In this document: piece after piece, positions 48,533-57,468 of the stretch
Layout: the number at the start of each line of letters is the position of its first letter
How positions within the stretch are numbered: position 1 is the stretch's first letter
Assembly: GCA_027493095.1 (NCBI GenBank)
Contig: JAPVXD010000198.1
Location: 30,253-94,252 of the forward strand
Source: Candidatus Multivorans azotirespirans
GTDB lineage: Bacteria; Acidobacteriota; Thermoanaerobaculia; Multivoradales; Multivoraceae
Direction of reading: 5' to 3'
DNA: 64,000 bases
The notes under the pieces: model-generated
Databases searched by the model: none
What the model was told of the DNA's origin: nothing
The model's input: only the letters and a program-made list of their open reading frames with translations
Translations under genes and position numbers: made by a program

Positions 48533-51001
48533 GTGTTCGAGAAGTACAACGAGAAGTCGCGCCGCGCACTCTTCTTCGCCCGCTACGAGGCGAGCAAACT
48601 GGGAAGTCGGGTCATCGAGTCGGAGCACATCCTGCTCGGCATCCTGCGCGAGGGAGAGGAGTCGATCATCGAGCTCTTCCAGCGCCTCCAGGTCAAGCCG
48701 GAGGATCTCCGCCGCGAGATAGAGGGCGAGCGAGTGTTCGTCGAGCGCATCTCGTCGACCGCCGAGCTGCCGTTGTCGGAGGAGTCGAAGAGGATACTGG
48801 CCCACGCCTCGCACGAGGCGGAGAGCATGGTTCATGCCGCGGTCGGCTCCGAGCATCTGTTGATCGGCATCATGCGGGTCGACGGCTGTCTGGCCCAGCG
48901 CGTTCTCGCGGAGCGCGGACTCGAGGTTGCGACGGTGCGCGAACAGGTCGCAACCATCGCTCGCGAGCGCGCCAGCAGGCGCGGCAAACAGGAGTTGCCC
49001 TTCCTGACGGAGTTCGGCCGCGACCTGACCGCGCTCGCGCAGCAGGACCAGTTCGACCCCCTGATCGGCCGCGAACAGGAAGTCGGTCGTATCGTCCAGA
49101 TCCTCGCGCGACGGACGAAGAACAACCCCATCCTGCTCGGGGAACCGGGGGTGGGCAAGACGGCCATCGTCGAGGGACTGGCGCAACGGGTGTCTCAAGG
49201 CCGCGTGCCGAAGTTCCTCGGGCGCAAGCGGATCGTCGCGCTCGACCTGTCCCTGATCGTGGCCGGCACGAAGTACAGGGGGCAGTTCGAAGAGCGCCTG
49301 AAGGGCATTCTCAAGGAGCTCGAGGAAGGCGAGGACGTGCTCGTCTTCATCGACGAGATCCACGCTCTGGTCGGAGCCGGTTCGGCCGAGGGTTCCCTCG
49401 ACGCCGCGAACATCCTGAAGCCCGCCCTGTCGCGGGGCGACATCGCGTGCATCGGCGCCACGACCCTGCGCGAGTACCGCCGGCACATCGAGAAGGACCG
49501 CTCCCTGCTGCGGCGGTTCCAGGCGGTACAGATCAAGCCGCCCTCCGCGGACGAGACCTACGACATCCTGGTCGGCCTGAAGGAGCGTTACCAGGGTTTC
49601 CACAACGTCGCCTACGACGACGCCGCGCTGCGCGCCGCGATCGCCGGTTCCAACCGCTACATCCCCGACCGTCATCAGCCCGACAAGTCGATCGACGTGA
49701 TCGACGAAGCCGGCGCCCGGGTCAAGCTGCGCCGGGTACGGGATACCAGGCAGGCGCGGCGGATCGAGCAGGAGATCCGGGAAGTGGTGGCCGAGATGAA
49801 GGCGGCGATCTCGGACAAGGACTTCGACCGCGCCGTCCGCTTCCGAGAGCGCGAGATCGAACTCCGGGAAGATCTCGAGAGCATCGAGCAGTTGCATGAC
49901 CAGGACGTTGAGGATCAGGTCGTGACCGCTCAGGACGTGGAGGAGGTGATCGCCTCCTGGACAGGGGTGCCGGTGGCTGCCGTGCGTGGCGACGAGGCGA
50001 AGCGGCTGATGAAGATGGAGGACGTTCTGCGTCGCCGGATCGTCGGCCAGGATCGGGCGATCCGGTCGATCAGCCGCGCCATCCGCCGGTCGCGGCTCGG
50101 CGTTTCCGATCCCCGTCGTCCGGTCGGTTCGTTCGTCTTCCTGGGCCCGAGCGGTGTCGGCAAGACGGAGGTCGCCCGGCGCCTCGCCGAGTTCCTGTTC
50201 GGCAGCCAGACCGCTCTCATGCGTTTCGACATGAGCGAGTACATGGAGAAGTACTCGGCCTCCAAGCTGATCGGTTCGCCGCCGGGCTACGTCGGCTACG
50301 AGGAGGGCGGCCAGTTGACGGAGCGGGTTCGGCGCCAGCCTTACTCCCTGATCCTCTTCGACGAGATTGAGAAGGCGCACCCGGACATCATGAACCTGTT
50401 GCTTCAGATCCTGGAGGAAGGCAGTCTGACCGACGCCTACGGCAACTACGTCGATTTCCGGCACGCCCTGGTGCTGCTGACGTCCAACCTGGGCAGCAAG
50501 CTGGTGCTCAAGGGTGGACGCGTGGGCTTTGGCGGGGCGTCTTCGGCAGGAGACTCTTCCCCAGAGGGGGACTTCGGGCGCGTCAGGGAAGAGATCGAAG
50601 CGGAGTTGCGCCGCAGCTTCAGCCCCGAATTCATCAACCGCATCGACGAGACGATCGTGTTCAATCCGCTGGGCCGGGAGGAGCTGCGCGCGATCACGTG
50701 CCTCCTGCTTTCCGACGTGAACGAGACGCTTGCCGAGCGCGGTCTGACCGTCGAGGTGACCAGTGAAGCGCGGGAATGGCTGCTGGAGCAGGCAGGCATC
50801 GATCCGTCGACCGGGGCCCGTCCGTTGCGGCGCACGATCCAGCGTTACGTCCAGGATGCGGTGTCGGACCTGCTGATCCAGCGAACCGGCGATTCCGTCG
50901 AACGCATCCGTGTGGATCTCGCGCGGGACGAACTGGTCCTGGAGGTCGTTCAAGACGCCGCCCCGACCGTTGAGGAGGAACCTGCTCTTGCGGAATCCTG
51001 A
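48533..51001 (+). CDS. clpC: ATP-dependent Clp protease ATP-binding subunit (ClpC/ClpA family, two AAA+ modules)
   Basis: Duplicated Clp N-domain repeats, two Walker A boxes ([19 protein letters not shown]) and sensor motifs, 822 aa. Confidence 0.85.
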   Translation: MFEKYNEKSRRALFFARYEASKLGSRVIESEHILLGILREGEESIIELFQRLQVKPEDLRREIEGERVFVERISSTAELPLSEESKRILAHASHEAESMVHAAVGSEHLLIGIMRVDGCLAQRVLAERGLEVATVREQVATIARERASRRGKQELPFLTEFGRDLTALAQQDQFDPLIGREQEVGRIVQILARRTKNNPILLGEPGVGKTAIVEGLAQRVSQGRVPKFLGRKRIVALDLSLIVAGTKYRGQFEERLKGILKELEEGEDVLVFIDEIHALVGAGSAEGSLDAANILKPALSRGDIACIGATTLREYRRHIEKDRSLLRRFQAVQIKPPSADETYDILVGLKERYQGFHNVAYDDAALRAAIAGSNRYIPDRHQPDKSIDVIDEAGARVKLRRVRDTRQARRIEQEIREVVAEMKAAISDKDFDRAVRFREREIELREDLESIEQLHDQDVEDQVVTAQDVEEVIASWTGVPVAAVRGDEAKRLMKMEDVLRRRIVGQDRAIRSISRAIRRSRLGVSDPRRPVGSFVFLGPSGVGKTEVARRLAEFLFGSQTALMRFDMSEYMEKYSASKLIGSPPGYVGYEEGGQLTERVRRQPYSLILFDEIEKAHPDIMNLLLQILEEGSLTDAYGNYVDFRHALVLLTSNLGSKLVLKGGRVGFGGASSAGDSSPEGDFGRVREEIEAELRRSFSPEFINRIDETIVFNPLGREELRAITCLLLSDVNETLAERGLTVEVTSEAREWLLEQAGIDPSTGARPLRRTIQRYVQDAVSDLLIQRTGDSVERIRVDLARDELVLEVVQDAAPTVEEEPALAES

Positions 51002-51011
51002 TCGAAAGGTT

Positions 51012-53723
51012 TTGCGACGGCTGGCATGGCCGGGGGCGCTGGTCGCCGCCTTCCTGCTGGCCGTGCCGGCCGCCGGCCAGTTGTTGGTCGGCCAGCCGAT
51101 CGTGTCGGTGGAGTACGCCGGCGTCGAGACGCTGAGCGAAGACAGCCTGAGCTACTACCTGGATATCGAAACCGGGAAGCCCTGGGATCCCGGCCGCGTG
51201 AACGACCGGATCAAGGATCTCTGGGAGCGCAAGCTGATCGATGACATCTCGATCGCGGCCGAGGCGCAGGGCGAAGGCGTGCTGGTCCGGGTGACGGTCG
51301 TGGAAAGGCCGCTCCTGGTCTCGCTCGAGTACGACGGTCTGAAGAAGGTGAAACGGAGCGACATCGGCGACATGACGGACCGGGAGCGGATCTCGGTCTT
51401 CGAGGGCCTGCCGCTGGACCTGGGCGAACTGGCGCGCCTCGAAGAGGCGATCAAGAAGCTCTACGAGGAGCGCGGCTTCCGGTTCGCGGGTATCCACGTC
51501 GAGATCCAGGACGCGGGTCTGGGCGAGAAGCGGGTGCTGATCACCGTCGACGAGGGCGGGAGGGTCAAGATCGGCCAGGTCGATTTCGAGGGCAACGAGG
51601 TGTTCTCCGCCGGCCGCCTGCGCCGCCAGATGGAGAAGACGAAGAAGTCGAACCTCCTGACCCGGATCCGCAAGCGCGACGTGTTCAACTCGGCGACGGT
51701 CCAGGAGGACCTCGACAAGGTCAAGGGCCTGTACCGCCAGTTCGGCTACAAGGACGTCGAGGTCGGCGAGCCCGAGCTCGACGTGATCGAGCGGAAGCCG
51801 AACGCCGATCGCATCGAGGACCGCAAACGGCAGCTCGCCCTGGTGATTCCGATCGAGGAGGGCCCGCGCTGGAAGCTGGGCGAGGTCCAGGTCGAGGGGG
51901 CCGAGGTTCTGCCCGAGGGTCTGCTGGTCGCGATGTTCAAGGATCCAAAAGGGGGCTGGCTGCGCTCGGACGTCATCGACGAGGGTGTCGAGCAGGTCGG
52001 GGAGCTGTATCGGAACAGCGGTTACATCTTCGCCGACGTGAAGATGGAGGTCATCGAGCGCGATGACCTGATTGCCGACATCCTGGTGACGGTCGAGGAG
52101 AACGACCAGTTCCGGATCGGGCGGATGGAGTTCACCGGCAACGACCGGACGCGTGACCGGGTGCTCCGCCGCCAGATGCTGCTCAAGGAAGGCGACGTCT
52201 TTAACTCGGGCATGCTGCGCACCAGCCTGTTGCGGCTCAGCCAGCTCGAGTACTACGTGGTCAACGAGGACGATCCGGTCGAGGTCGACTACGACACGGA
52301 CGACAAGCAGGTCGACATCACCGTCAAGGGCACGGAGACCGGCCAGACCGAGGTCCAGTTCGGCGGCGGCTACAGCGAGCTCGACGGCTTCTTCGTCCAG
52401 TCGGCGTTGCGCACCCGCAACTTCCTGGGCCGCGGCGAGACCGTCGGCGTGTCGATCCAGACGGGCCGCTACCGCGACATCTTCGATGTCTCGTACTACA
52501 TGCCCTGGGTCAAGGACCGTCCCCAGAACTTCGGGATTCAGCTCTTCAACCGGGACACGGACTTCGACCTCCTGATCGACCAGCGCTACCGAAGCAAGGA
52601 GGCCGGCGGCGTCCTGAGCTACGGCCGCTCGTTCCGTCGCTGGGAACTCGTGCAGTTGGCCTACAGCAACATGGACATCGAGAGCTACCAGTCGCAGACG
52701 TTCTACTTCTTCGACAACCCGGAACAGAGCGACGACCCGATGAGCGACACGTTCGAGCAGGCGTTCGAGTTCAACCGCCGCTCGGTCACGGCCACCTACC
52801 AGTTCGACAGTCACAACAGCCGTCTCGAGCCGACCCAGGGCAAGCGCCTGGTCGCATCCCTCGAGTACGCCGGCGGCCCCCTTGGCGGCGAGTCCTTCTT
52901 CATCCGCCCGTCGCTGAACGCGGCGATCACCGTGCCGCTGACGAACCGCGGGCTGCGGACGGTGGGGCGGGCGAACATCCAGCTCGGCTACATCCAGCCG
53001 TTCGGGGAAGACGGCGCGGGCAACGTGCGCGAGTTGTTCTTCCTCGACCGCTACCTGCTGGGCGGCGAGAACAGCCTCCGCGGCTTCGCGTTCCGTTCCA
53101 TCTGGGTGCGTGATCCGGAAACCGGCCGCACTCTTCTCGACCGGAACGGCTTCCCCCAGGGCGGCAACAAGAGCGTGGTGATCAACCTCGAGCACCACAC
53201 CCTGGTCAACGGTCCTTTCCGCGTCGTGACCTTCTTCGACGCCGGCAATGTCTACGGCGACGACCAGGACGTCGACTTCAACCACATGCGCATGTCGGCC
53301 GGAATCGAGCTTCGGGTCAACGTGCCCATCCTTGGAGCTCCGCTCCGCTTCATCTACGCTACGAACCTGAATCCGCTGGACAACCTCGGAGGCGTCGACC
53401 GGGAGCGGTTCAACGATGGTCGGCTGACCTTTGCCGAGGACCGTCTGGCCGAAATGGAGAAGCAGCTCGAGGACATGACGATCGACCTGCGGCGCGCCCA
53501 GGACGACGCGAACCGCGAAATGCAGAAGGTGCAGGGCGAGAGGTTCGGCGAGATCGAACAGGCGGTACTGCCGATCATCTCCCAGGTCGGCCGGGAGTTC
53601 GGCTACACGGCGATCTTCAACAAGTTCCAGGGGGGCCTGCTGTTCGCCGCCGACGCTGCGGACATCACGAACCTGATCATCGAGCGCTACAACGCCGCGT
53701 ACCCGGCCACTCCCGCGGAGTAG
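51012..53723 (+). CDS. bamA: Outer membrane protein assembly factor BamA (POTRA repeats + 16-strand barrel) with an in-frame C-terminal Skp/OmpH-like extension
   Basis: Signal peptide after a putative TTG start (start uncertain), POTRA repeats and barrel ending ...GIELRVNVPILGAPLRFIYATNLNPL. The ORF then continues ~120 aa (…LEDMTIDLRRAQDDANREMQKVQGERFGEIEQAVLPIISQVGREFGYTAIFNKFQGGLLFAADAADITNLIIERYNAAY), which aligns with the C-terminal half of OmpH/Skp chaperones. Confidence 0.8.
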   Translation: MRRLAWPGALVAAFLLAVPAAGQLLVGQPIVSVEYAGVETLSEDSLSYYLDIETGKPWDPGRVNDRIKDLWERKLIDDISIAAEAQGEGVLVRVTVVERPLLVSLEYDGLKKVKRSDIGDMTDRERISVFEGLPLDLGELARLEEAIKKLYEERGFRFAGIHVEIQDAGLGEKRVLITVDEGGRVKIGQVDFEGNEVFSAGRLRRQMEKTKKSNLLTRIRKRDVFNSATVQEDLDKVKGLYRQFGYKDVEVGEPELDVIERKPNADRIEDRKRQLALVIPIEEGPRWKLGEVQVEGAEVLPEGLLVAMFKDPKGGWLRSDVIDEGVEQVGELYRNSGYIFADVKMEVIERDDLIADILVTVEENDQFRIGRMEFTGNDRTRDRVLRRQMLLKEGDVFNSGMLRTSLLRLSQLEYYVVNEDDPVEVDYDTDDKQVDITVKGTETGQTEVQFGGGYSELDGFFVQSALRTRNFLGRGETVGVSIQTGRYRDIFDVSYYMPWVKDRPQNFGIQLFNRDTDFDLLIDQRYRSKEAGGVLSYGRSFRRWELVQLAYSNMDIESYQSQTFYFFDNPEQSDDPMSDTFEQAFEFNRRSVTATYQFDSHNSRLEPTQGKRLVASLEYAGGPLGGESFFIRPSLNAAITVPLTNRGLRTVGRANIQLGYIQPFGEDGAGNVRELFFLDRYLLGGENSLRGFAFRSIWVRDPETGRTLLDRNGFPQGGNKSVVINLEHHTLVNGPFRVVTFFDAGNVYGDDQDVDFNHMRMSAGIELRVNVPILGAPLRFIYATNLNPLDNLGGVDRERFNDGRLTFAEDRLAEMEKQLEDMTIDLRRAQDDANREMQKVQGERFGEIEQAVLPIISQVGREFGYTAIFNKFQGGLLFAADAADITNLIIERYNAAYPATPAE

Positions 53724-53833
53724 CCCGCGAGTAGCGCGGCGACTGGGTGCGCCGGCGTCCCCGCCGGCATGTAACCGCGGGTCTTCTGACCCGCGGACAA
53801 CACGCGCCGCGGAGCGGCGACCGCTTTGCCGCG
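53724..53833. repeat. REP-like intergenic repeat, locus B, with a bidirectional terminator-like hairpin
   Basis: Core ACTGGGTGCGCCGGCGTCCCCGCCGGC at 53742-53768; hairpin CCGCGGGTCTTCTGACCCGCGG at 53775-53796; outer inverted repeat GCGAGTAGCGCGGCG/CGCCGCGCTACTCGC overlapping both flanking stop codons. Confidence 0.6.
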
Positions 53834-55219
53834 CTACTCGCTGCTGCGGATGCTGTAAAGCTTCGACCGGGTGCGAATCAGCAGCCGGTCGCCAGCGACC
53901 GCCGGCGACGCCATCGCCATCTCGTCGAGGCTGTTGGTGTGGAGCACTTCGTACTCCGAGCCGGCGCGGATCACATAGGTGTCGCCCTGCTCGCTCAGCG
54001 CGAACACGCGGTCGTTGTAGGCCCAGGGAGATGAGGTGAAGCTGGCGCCGCCGCGGGGCGCCACGCGCTTCCGGCCGTACACCGGTTCGCCGGTCAGCGC
54101 GTCGTACGCCTCGAAGAAGCCGCGGTCCAGCAGGCTGTAGTAGACGCCCTTGTAGACCAGCGGCGACGTGTTGTAGTTGCCTGCCTTGGGCTGGTGCCAG
54201 GCGACGAACTCGCTCTCCGTCGCGTCACCTTCCAGGGTGATGTCGCCCAGCGCCCCCGGACGGATGGCGAAGACCGGCCGACGCTGATCCTGGAAGTAGC
54301 CGGAGTTGACGTAGATCATGTTGTGAGCCGCGAACGGCGTCGCAATGGCCGCCCAGGACATGCGGCCGTCCATCTCCCACAGCAGTTGGCCGTCCAGGCC
54401 GTACGAGCGGATCCGGTTCTTGCCGCTGGTGACGATCTCGGTGCGGGCTTCGTTGGACCATACGAAGGGCGTTGCCCAGCTCGACACCTCTTCCCGACTC
54501 GTGCGCCAGCGCTGTTCGCCGGTGTGCTTGTCGAGCGCGGCGATCCAGGACTCTTCCTCGTTGTCGTAGAGGATGATCAGCAGGTCGTCGTGCAGCACGG
54601 GCGAGGAGGCGGAGCCGTAGTCCCACATGGTCGGGCGGTAGGGCGTGTCGAAGCTCCACACGGACTCGCCTTCCATCGTGAAGGCGTAGACGCCGAGGTC
54701 GCCAAAGCGCGCATAGACACGTTCGCCGTCGGTCGTCGGCGTCTCCGAGGCGTAGGTCTGCTTCTGGTGGCGCGGGAACTCGGGTATGCCGGCCTTGACC
54801 GAGCGCTCCCACAGCACCTCGCCCGTGGCCAGGTCCAGGCAGTACACGAGCCAGTCGTGCTGCGCCTGCGGCGGTTCACTGCGCCCGCGGGCGGCGTAGA
54901 GACCGGCCTGTGGACGCTCGAACTCGCCTTCGGAAACCGCGGTCGTCAGGTACACCCGATTGCCCCATACGATCGGGCTGGACCAGCCGAGCCCGGGGAT
55001 CTCGACGACCCACTCGACATTCTCGGTCTGGCTCCAGCGATCCGGCAGGGCGGGGTTGTCGGCGACGGCCGGGTTCATGCCCGGGCCGCGGAACTGGGGC
55101 CAGTTGTCGGACGCGGCTGCCCCGCCGGCGCAGAGCGCGGCGCAAGCGAGGGCGGCGAGGATGACGGCGAGATTGGGCCTGGAGTGGTGGCGGTGCAGGT
55201 GCGATGTCGCGTTGCTCAT
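53834..55219 (-). CDS. PQQ-like beta-propeller repeat protein (paralog of 26000..27421), secreted
   Basis: Signal peptide with cysteine, then repeated PQQ/BamB-like blades (NWPQFRGPG..., GNRVYLTT..., LDLATGEVLWE...). Confidence 0.7.
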   Translation of the reverse strand: MSNATSHLHRHHSRPNLAVILAALACAALCAGGAAASDNWPQFRGPGMNPAVADNPALPDRWSQTENVEWVVEIPGLGWSSPIVWGNRVYLTTAVSEGEFERPQAGLYAARGRSEPPQAQHDWLVYCLDLATGEVLWERSVKAGIPEFPRHQKQTYASETPTTDGERVYARFGDLGVYAFTMEGESVWSFDTPYRPTMWDYGSASSPVLHDDLLIILYDNEEESWIAALDKHTGEQRWRTSREEVSSWATPFVWSNEARTEIVTSGKNRIRSYGLDGQLLWEMDGRMSWAAIATPFAAHNMIYVNSGYFQDQRRPVFAIRPGALGDITLEGDATESEFVAWHQPKAGNYNTSPLVYKGVYYSLLDRGFFEAYDALTGEPVYGRKRVAPRGGASFTSSPWAYNDRVFALSEQGDTYVIRAGSEYEVLHTNSLDEMAMASPAVAGDRLLIRTRSKLYSIRSSE

Positions 55220-55295
55220 CGAGATCGGATCTCCCGGTCACTGGAAGGGGTCAGAGGTTGGGGTCGTGCGGCATGGTATCCGGTAGGCTCGCTCC

Positions 55296-56132
55296 GTGAC
55301 CCACCGCCTCGCCGATCTTGCCGCGATGGTTGGAGCTGACCTCGAGGGCGATCCGGATCGGCCGATCGACGGCATCGCCCGGGTCGACCCCGCCGCCCGC
55401 GTCGACGCTTTCGCGGTGGTCGGCGAGGGCTCGACGCTCGGCCCGGGCGTGGTCATCGGCGCCCACTCGGTGGTGGGCCGGGGCTGCCGCCTGGGCGCAG
55501 GCACCGTGCTCCATCCCCATGTCGTGGTCTACGACGGTGCCCGCGTCGGCGAGCGGGTGGTCGTTCACTCCGGTGTCGTTCTGGGCGCCGACGGTTTCGG
55601 GTTCGCGGAGGGCGCGGAAGGAGCGGCCCAGGTCAAGCTGCCTCAGGTCGGCGTCGTCGTGATCGAGGACGACGTGGAGATCGGCGCCAACTCCGCGGTG
55701 GACCGGGCCACCTTCGACACCACCACGATCGGTCGCGGAACGAAGATCGACAACCTGGTGCAGATCGGCCACAACGCGCAGATCGGCCAGGGATGCATCC
55801 TCTGCGGTCAGGCCGGCGTGTCCGGCAGCAGCCGCATCGGTGATCGGGTGCTTCTGGCGGGGCAGGTAGGCGTCGCCGGTCACTTCAGGATCGGCGACGG
55901 CGTGCAGGTGGCGGCCAAGTCGGCGGTGTTCCAGGAGGTCGAGGAGGACCAGCGTGTCGCGGGCATTCCCGCCGTACCAATCGCGGCCTGGCGCCGGCGT
56001 AACGCGCTACAGTCGCGCCTGCCGGCGATGCGCAGCGCGCTCAGGGCGCTCGAGCGACGTGTGGGGGAACTCGAATCGGCGGGTCGCGATGGCCGCAACG
56101 ATTCGGCGGCGGACGGGGGAGACGAGACGTGA
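55296..56132 (+). CDS. lpxD: UDP-3-O-acylglucosamine N-acyltransferase LpxD (short N-terminal domain)
   Basis: Left-handed beta-helix hexapeptide repeats and an LpxD-like N-terminus (LADLAAMVGADLEGDPDRPIDGIA). 278 aa versus ~340 typical. GTGA overlap with fabZ. Confidence 0.8.
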   Translation: MTHRLADLAAMVGADLEGDPDRPIDGIARVDPAARVDAFAVVGEGSTLGPGVVIGAHSVVGRGCRLGAGTVLHPHVVVYDGARVGERVVVHSGVVLGADGFGFAEGAEGAAQVKLPQVGVVVIEDDVEIGANSAVDRATFDTTTIGRGTKIDNLVQIGHNAQIGQGCILCGQAGVSGSSRIGDRVLLAGQVGVAGHFRIGDGVQVAAKSAVFQEVEEDQRVAGIPAVPIAAWRRRNALQSRLPAMRSALRALERRVGELESAGRDGRNDSAADGGDET

Positions 56133-56614
56133 GCAAGGAACGGGAGGAGATCGACGGCGCCGCCGTGAGTGCGCCGCTCGGACCGTTCGACTCGCGCTGG
56201 ATCGCGAGCGTACTGCCGCACCGCTACCCGATCCTCCTGGTCGACCGGGTGCTGGAGCTGGTGCCGGGGAAGCGGGTGGTGGCGATCAAGAACGTGACCC
56301 GGAACGAGCCGTTCTTCGACGGCCACTTCCCGGGGAATCCGATCATGCCCGGAGTCCTGGTGATCGAGGCGATGGCGCAGACGGCGGGCCTGCTGCTGCT
56401 GCACGAGATCGAGGACCGGGACCGCCGGGTTCTCTTCTTTTCCGGGATCGAGCGGGCCCGCTTCCGCCGTCCCGTCGTTCCCGGCGATCAACTGCGGATG
56501 GAAGTGGAGTCGCTTCGCCTGCGCACCGTCCACTCCCGCTTCCGGGGCCGGGCCACGGTCGACGGGGAGCTGGCGGTGGAGGCGGTCTGCACCTCCACGA
56601 TGGTGGCGCCCTGA
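56129..56614 (+). CDS. fabZ: 3-hydroxyacyl-ACP dehydratase FabZ
   Basis: Hotdog-fold motifs LPHRYPILLVDRV...FFDGHFPGNPIMPGVL. Confidence 0.9.
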   Translation: MSKEREEIDGAAVSAPLGPFDSRWIASVLPHRYPILLVDRVLELVPGKRVVAIKNVTRNEPFFDGHFPGNPIMPGVLVIEAMAQTAGLLLLHEIEDRDRRVLFFSGIERARFRRPVVPGDQLRMEVESLRLRTVHSRFRGRATVDGELAVEAVCTSTMVAP

Positions 56615-56639
56615 AGGACCGCGGACCGCGGCGCGGCTC

Positions 56640-57452
56640 ATGACGGCGAGGATCCACGACACGGCGATCGTCGATCGCTCGGCCGAGCTGGGCGACGGCG
56701 TGGTCGTCGGCGCCTACGCGGTGATCGGGTCCGGCGTTCAGATCGGCGACGACACGGAGATCAGCTCGCACGCGACGATCCTCGGCGACACGGTCATGGG
56801 ACGGGCCAACCGGGTCTTCCCCTACGCCGCGATCGGATTCGACCCGCAGGACCTCAAGTACGAGGGCGAGTCGAGCCGGCTCGTGATCGGCGACGGCAAC
56901 CAGTTCCGCGAGTTCTCGACGATCAACCGGGGTACCGCGTTCGGCGGCGGCATCACGCGGATCGGCGACGACAACCTGTTCATGACGCAGACCCACGTCG
57001 GCCACGACAGTCAGGTCGGCAGCCGAACGGTGTTCACGAACGGCGGCACCCTGGCCGGCCACGTGGAGGTCGAGGACGACGCCACGATCGGTGCCTTCTC
57101 GGCGGTCCACCAGTTCTGTCGGGTGGGTCGGCATGCCTACATCGGCGGCTACTCCGTGATCACGATGGACGCGCTGCCGTTCTGCATCACGGTGGGGATC
57201 AAGCCGGCCTGCATGGGCGTGAACCGCATCGGACTCGAGCGCAAGGGCAAGTCGGCGGAGGACATCCGATCGATCGAGAGGGCCGTGCGGGTGCTCACCC
57301 GCTCGCGGAGGAACACGACCCAGGCGCTGGAGGAGCTCGACGCCGAGCATGCCGGCCACGCGGACGTCGATGCCCTGATCGCCTTCATCAGGAGTTCCGA
57401 CCGGGGCTTCATCCGCTCGGCGCGGCGCGGTTCCCGCGGCGCCCGCTCGTGA
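56640..57452 (+). CDS. lpxA: Acyl-ACP--UDP-N-acetylglucosamine O-acyltransferase LpxA
   Basis: IHDTAIVD... hexapeptide repeats and the C-terminal helical domain, ~270 aa. Confidence 0.9.
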   Translation: MTARIHDTAIVDRSAELGDGVVVGAYAVIGSGVQIGDDTEISSHATILGDTVMGRANRVFPYAAIGFDPQDLKYEGESSRLVIGDGNQFREFSTINRGTAFGGGITRIGDDNLFMTQTHVGHDSQVGSRTVFTNGGTLAGHVEVEDDATIGAFSAVHQFCRVGRHAYIGGYSVITMDALPFCITVGIKPACMGVNRIGLERKGKSAEDIRSIERAVRVLTRSRRNTTQALEELDAEHAGHADVDALIAFIRSSDRGFIRSARRGSRGARS

Positions 57453-57468
57453 AGGACGGGAGTTCGCC

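Noticed and set aside
50910-51011. Upstream extension of bamA to an ATG at 50910 overlapping the clpC 3' end
   Set aside because: The extension ([24 protein letters not shown]...) overlaps clpC coding sequence in another frame and lacks a signal peptide. The signal peptide (RRLAWPGALVAAFLLAVPAAGQ) starts right after clpC's stop, most plausibly from the TTG at 51012. The exact start remains uncertain.
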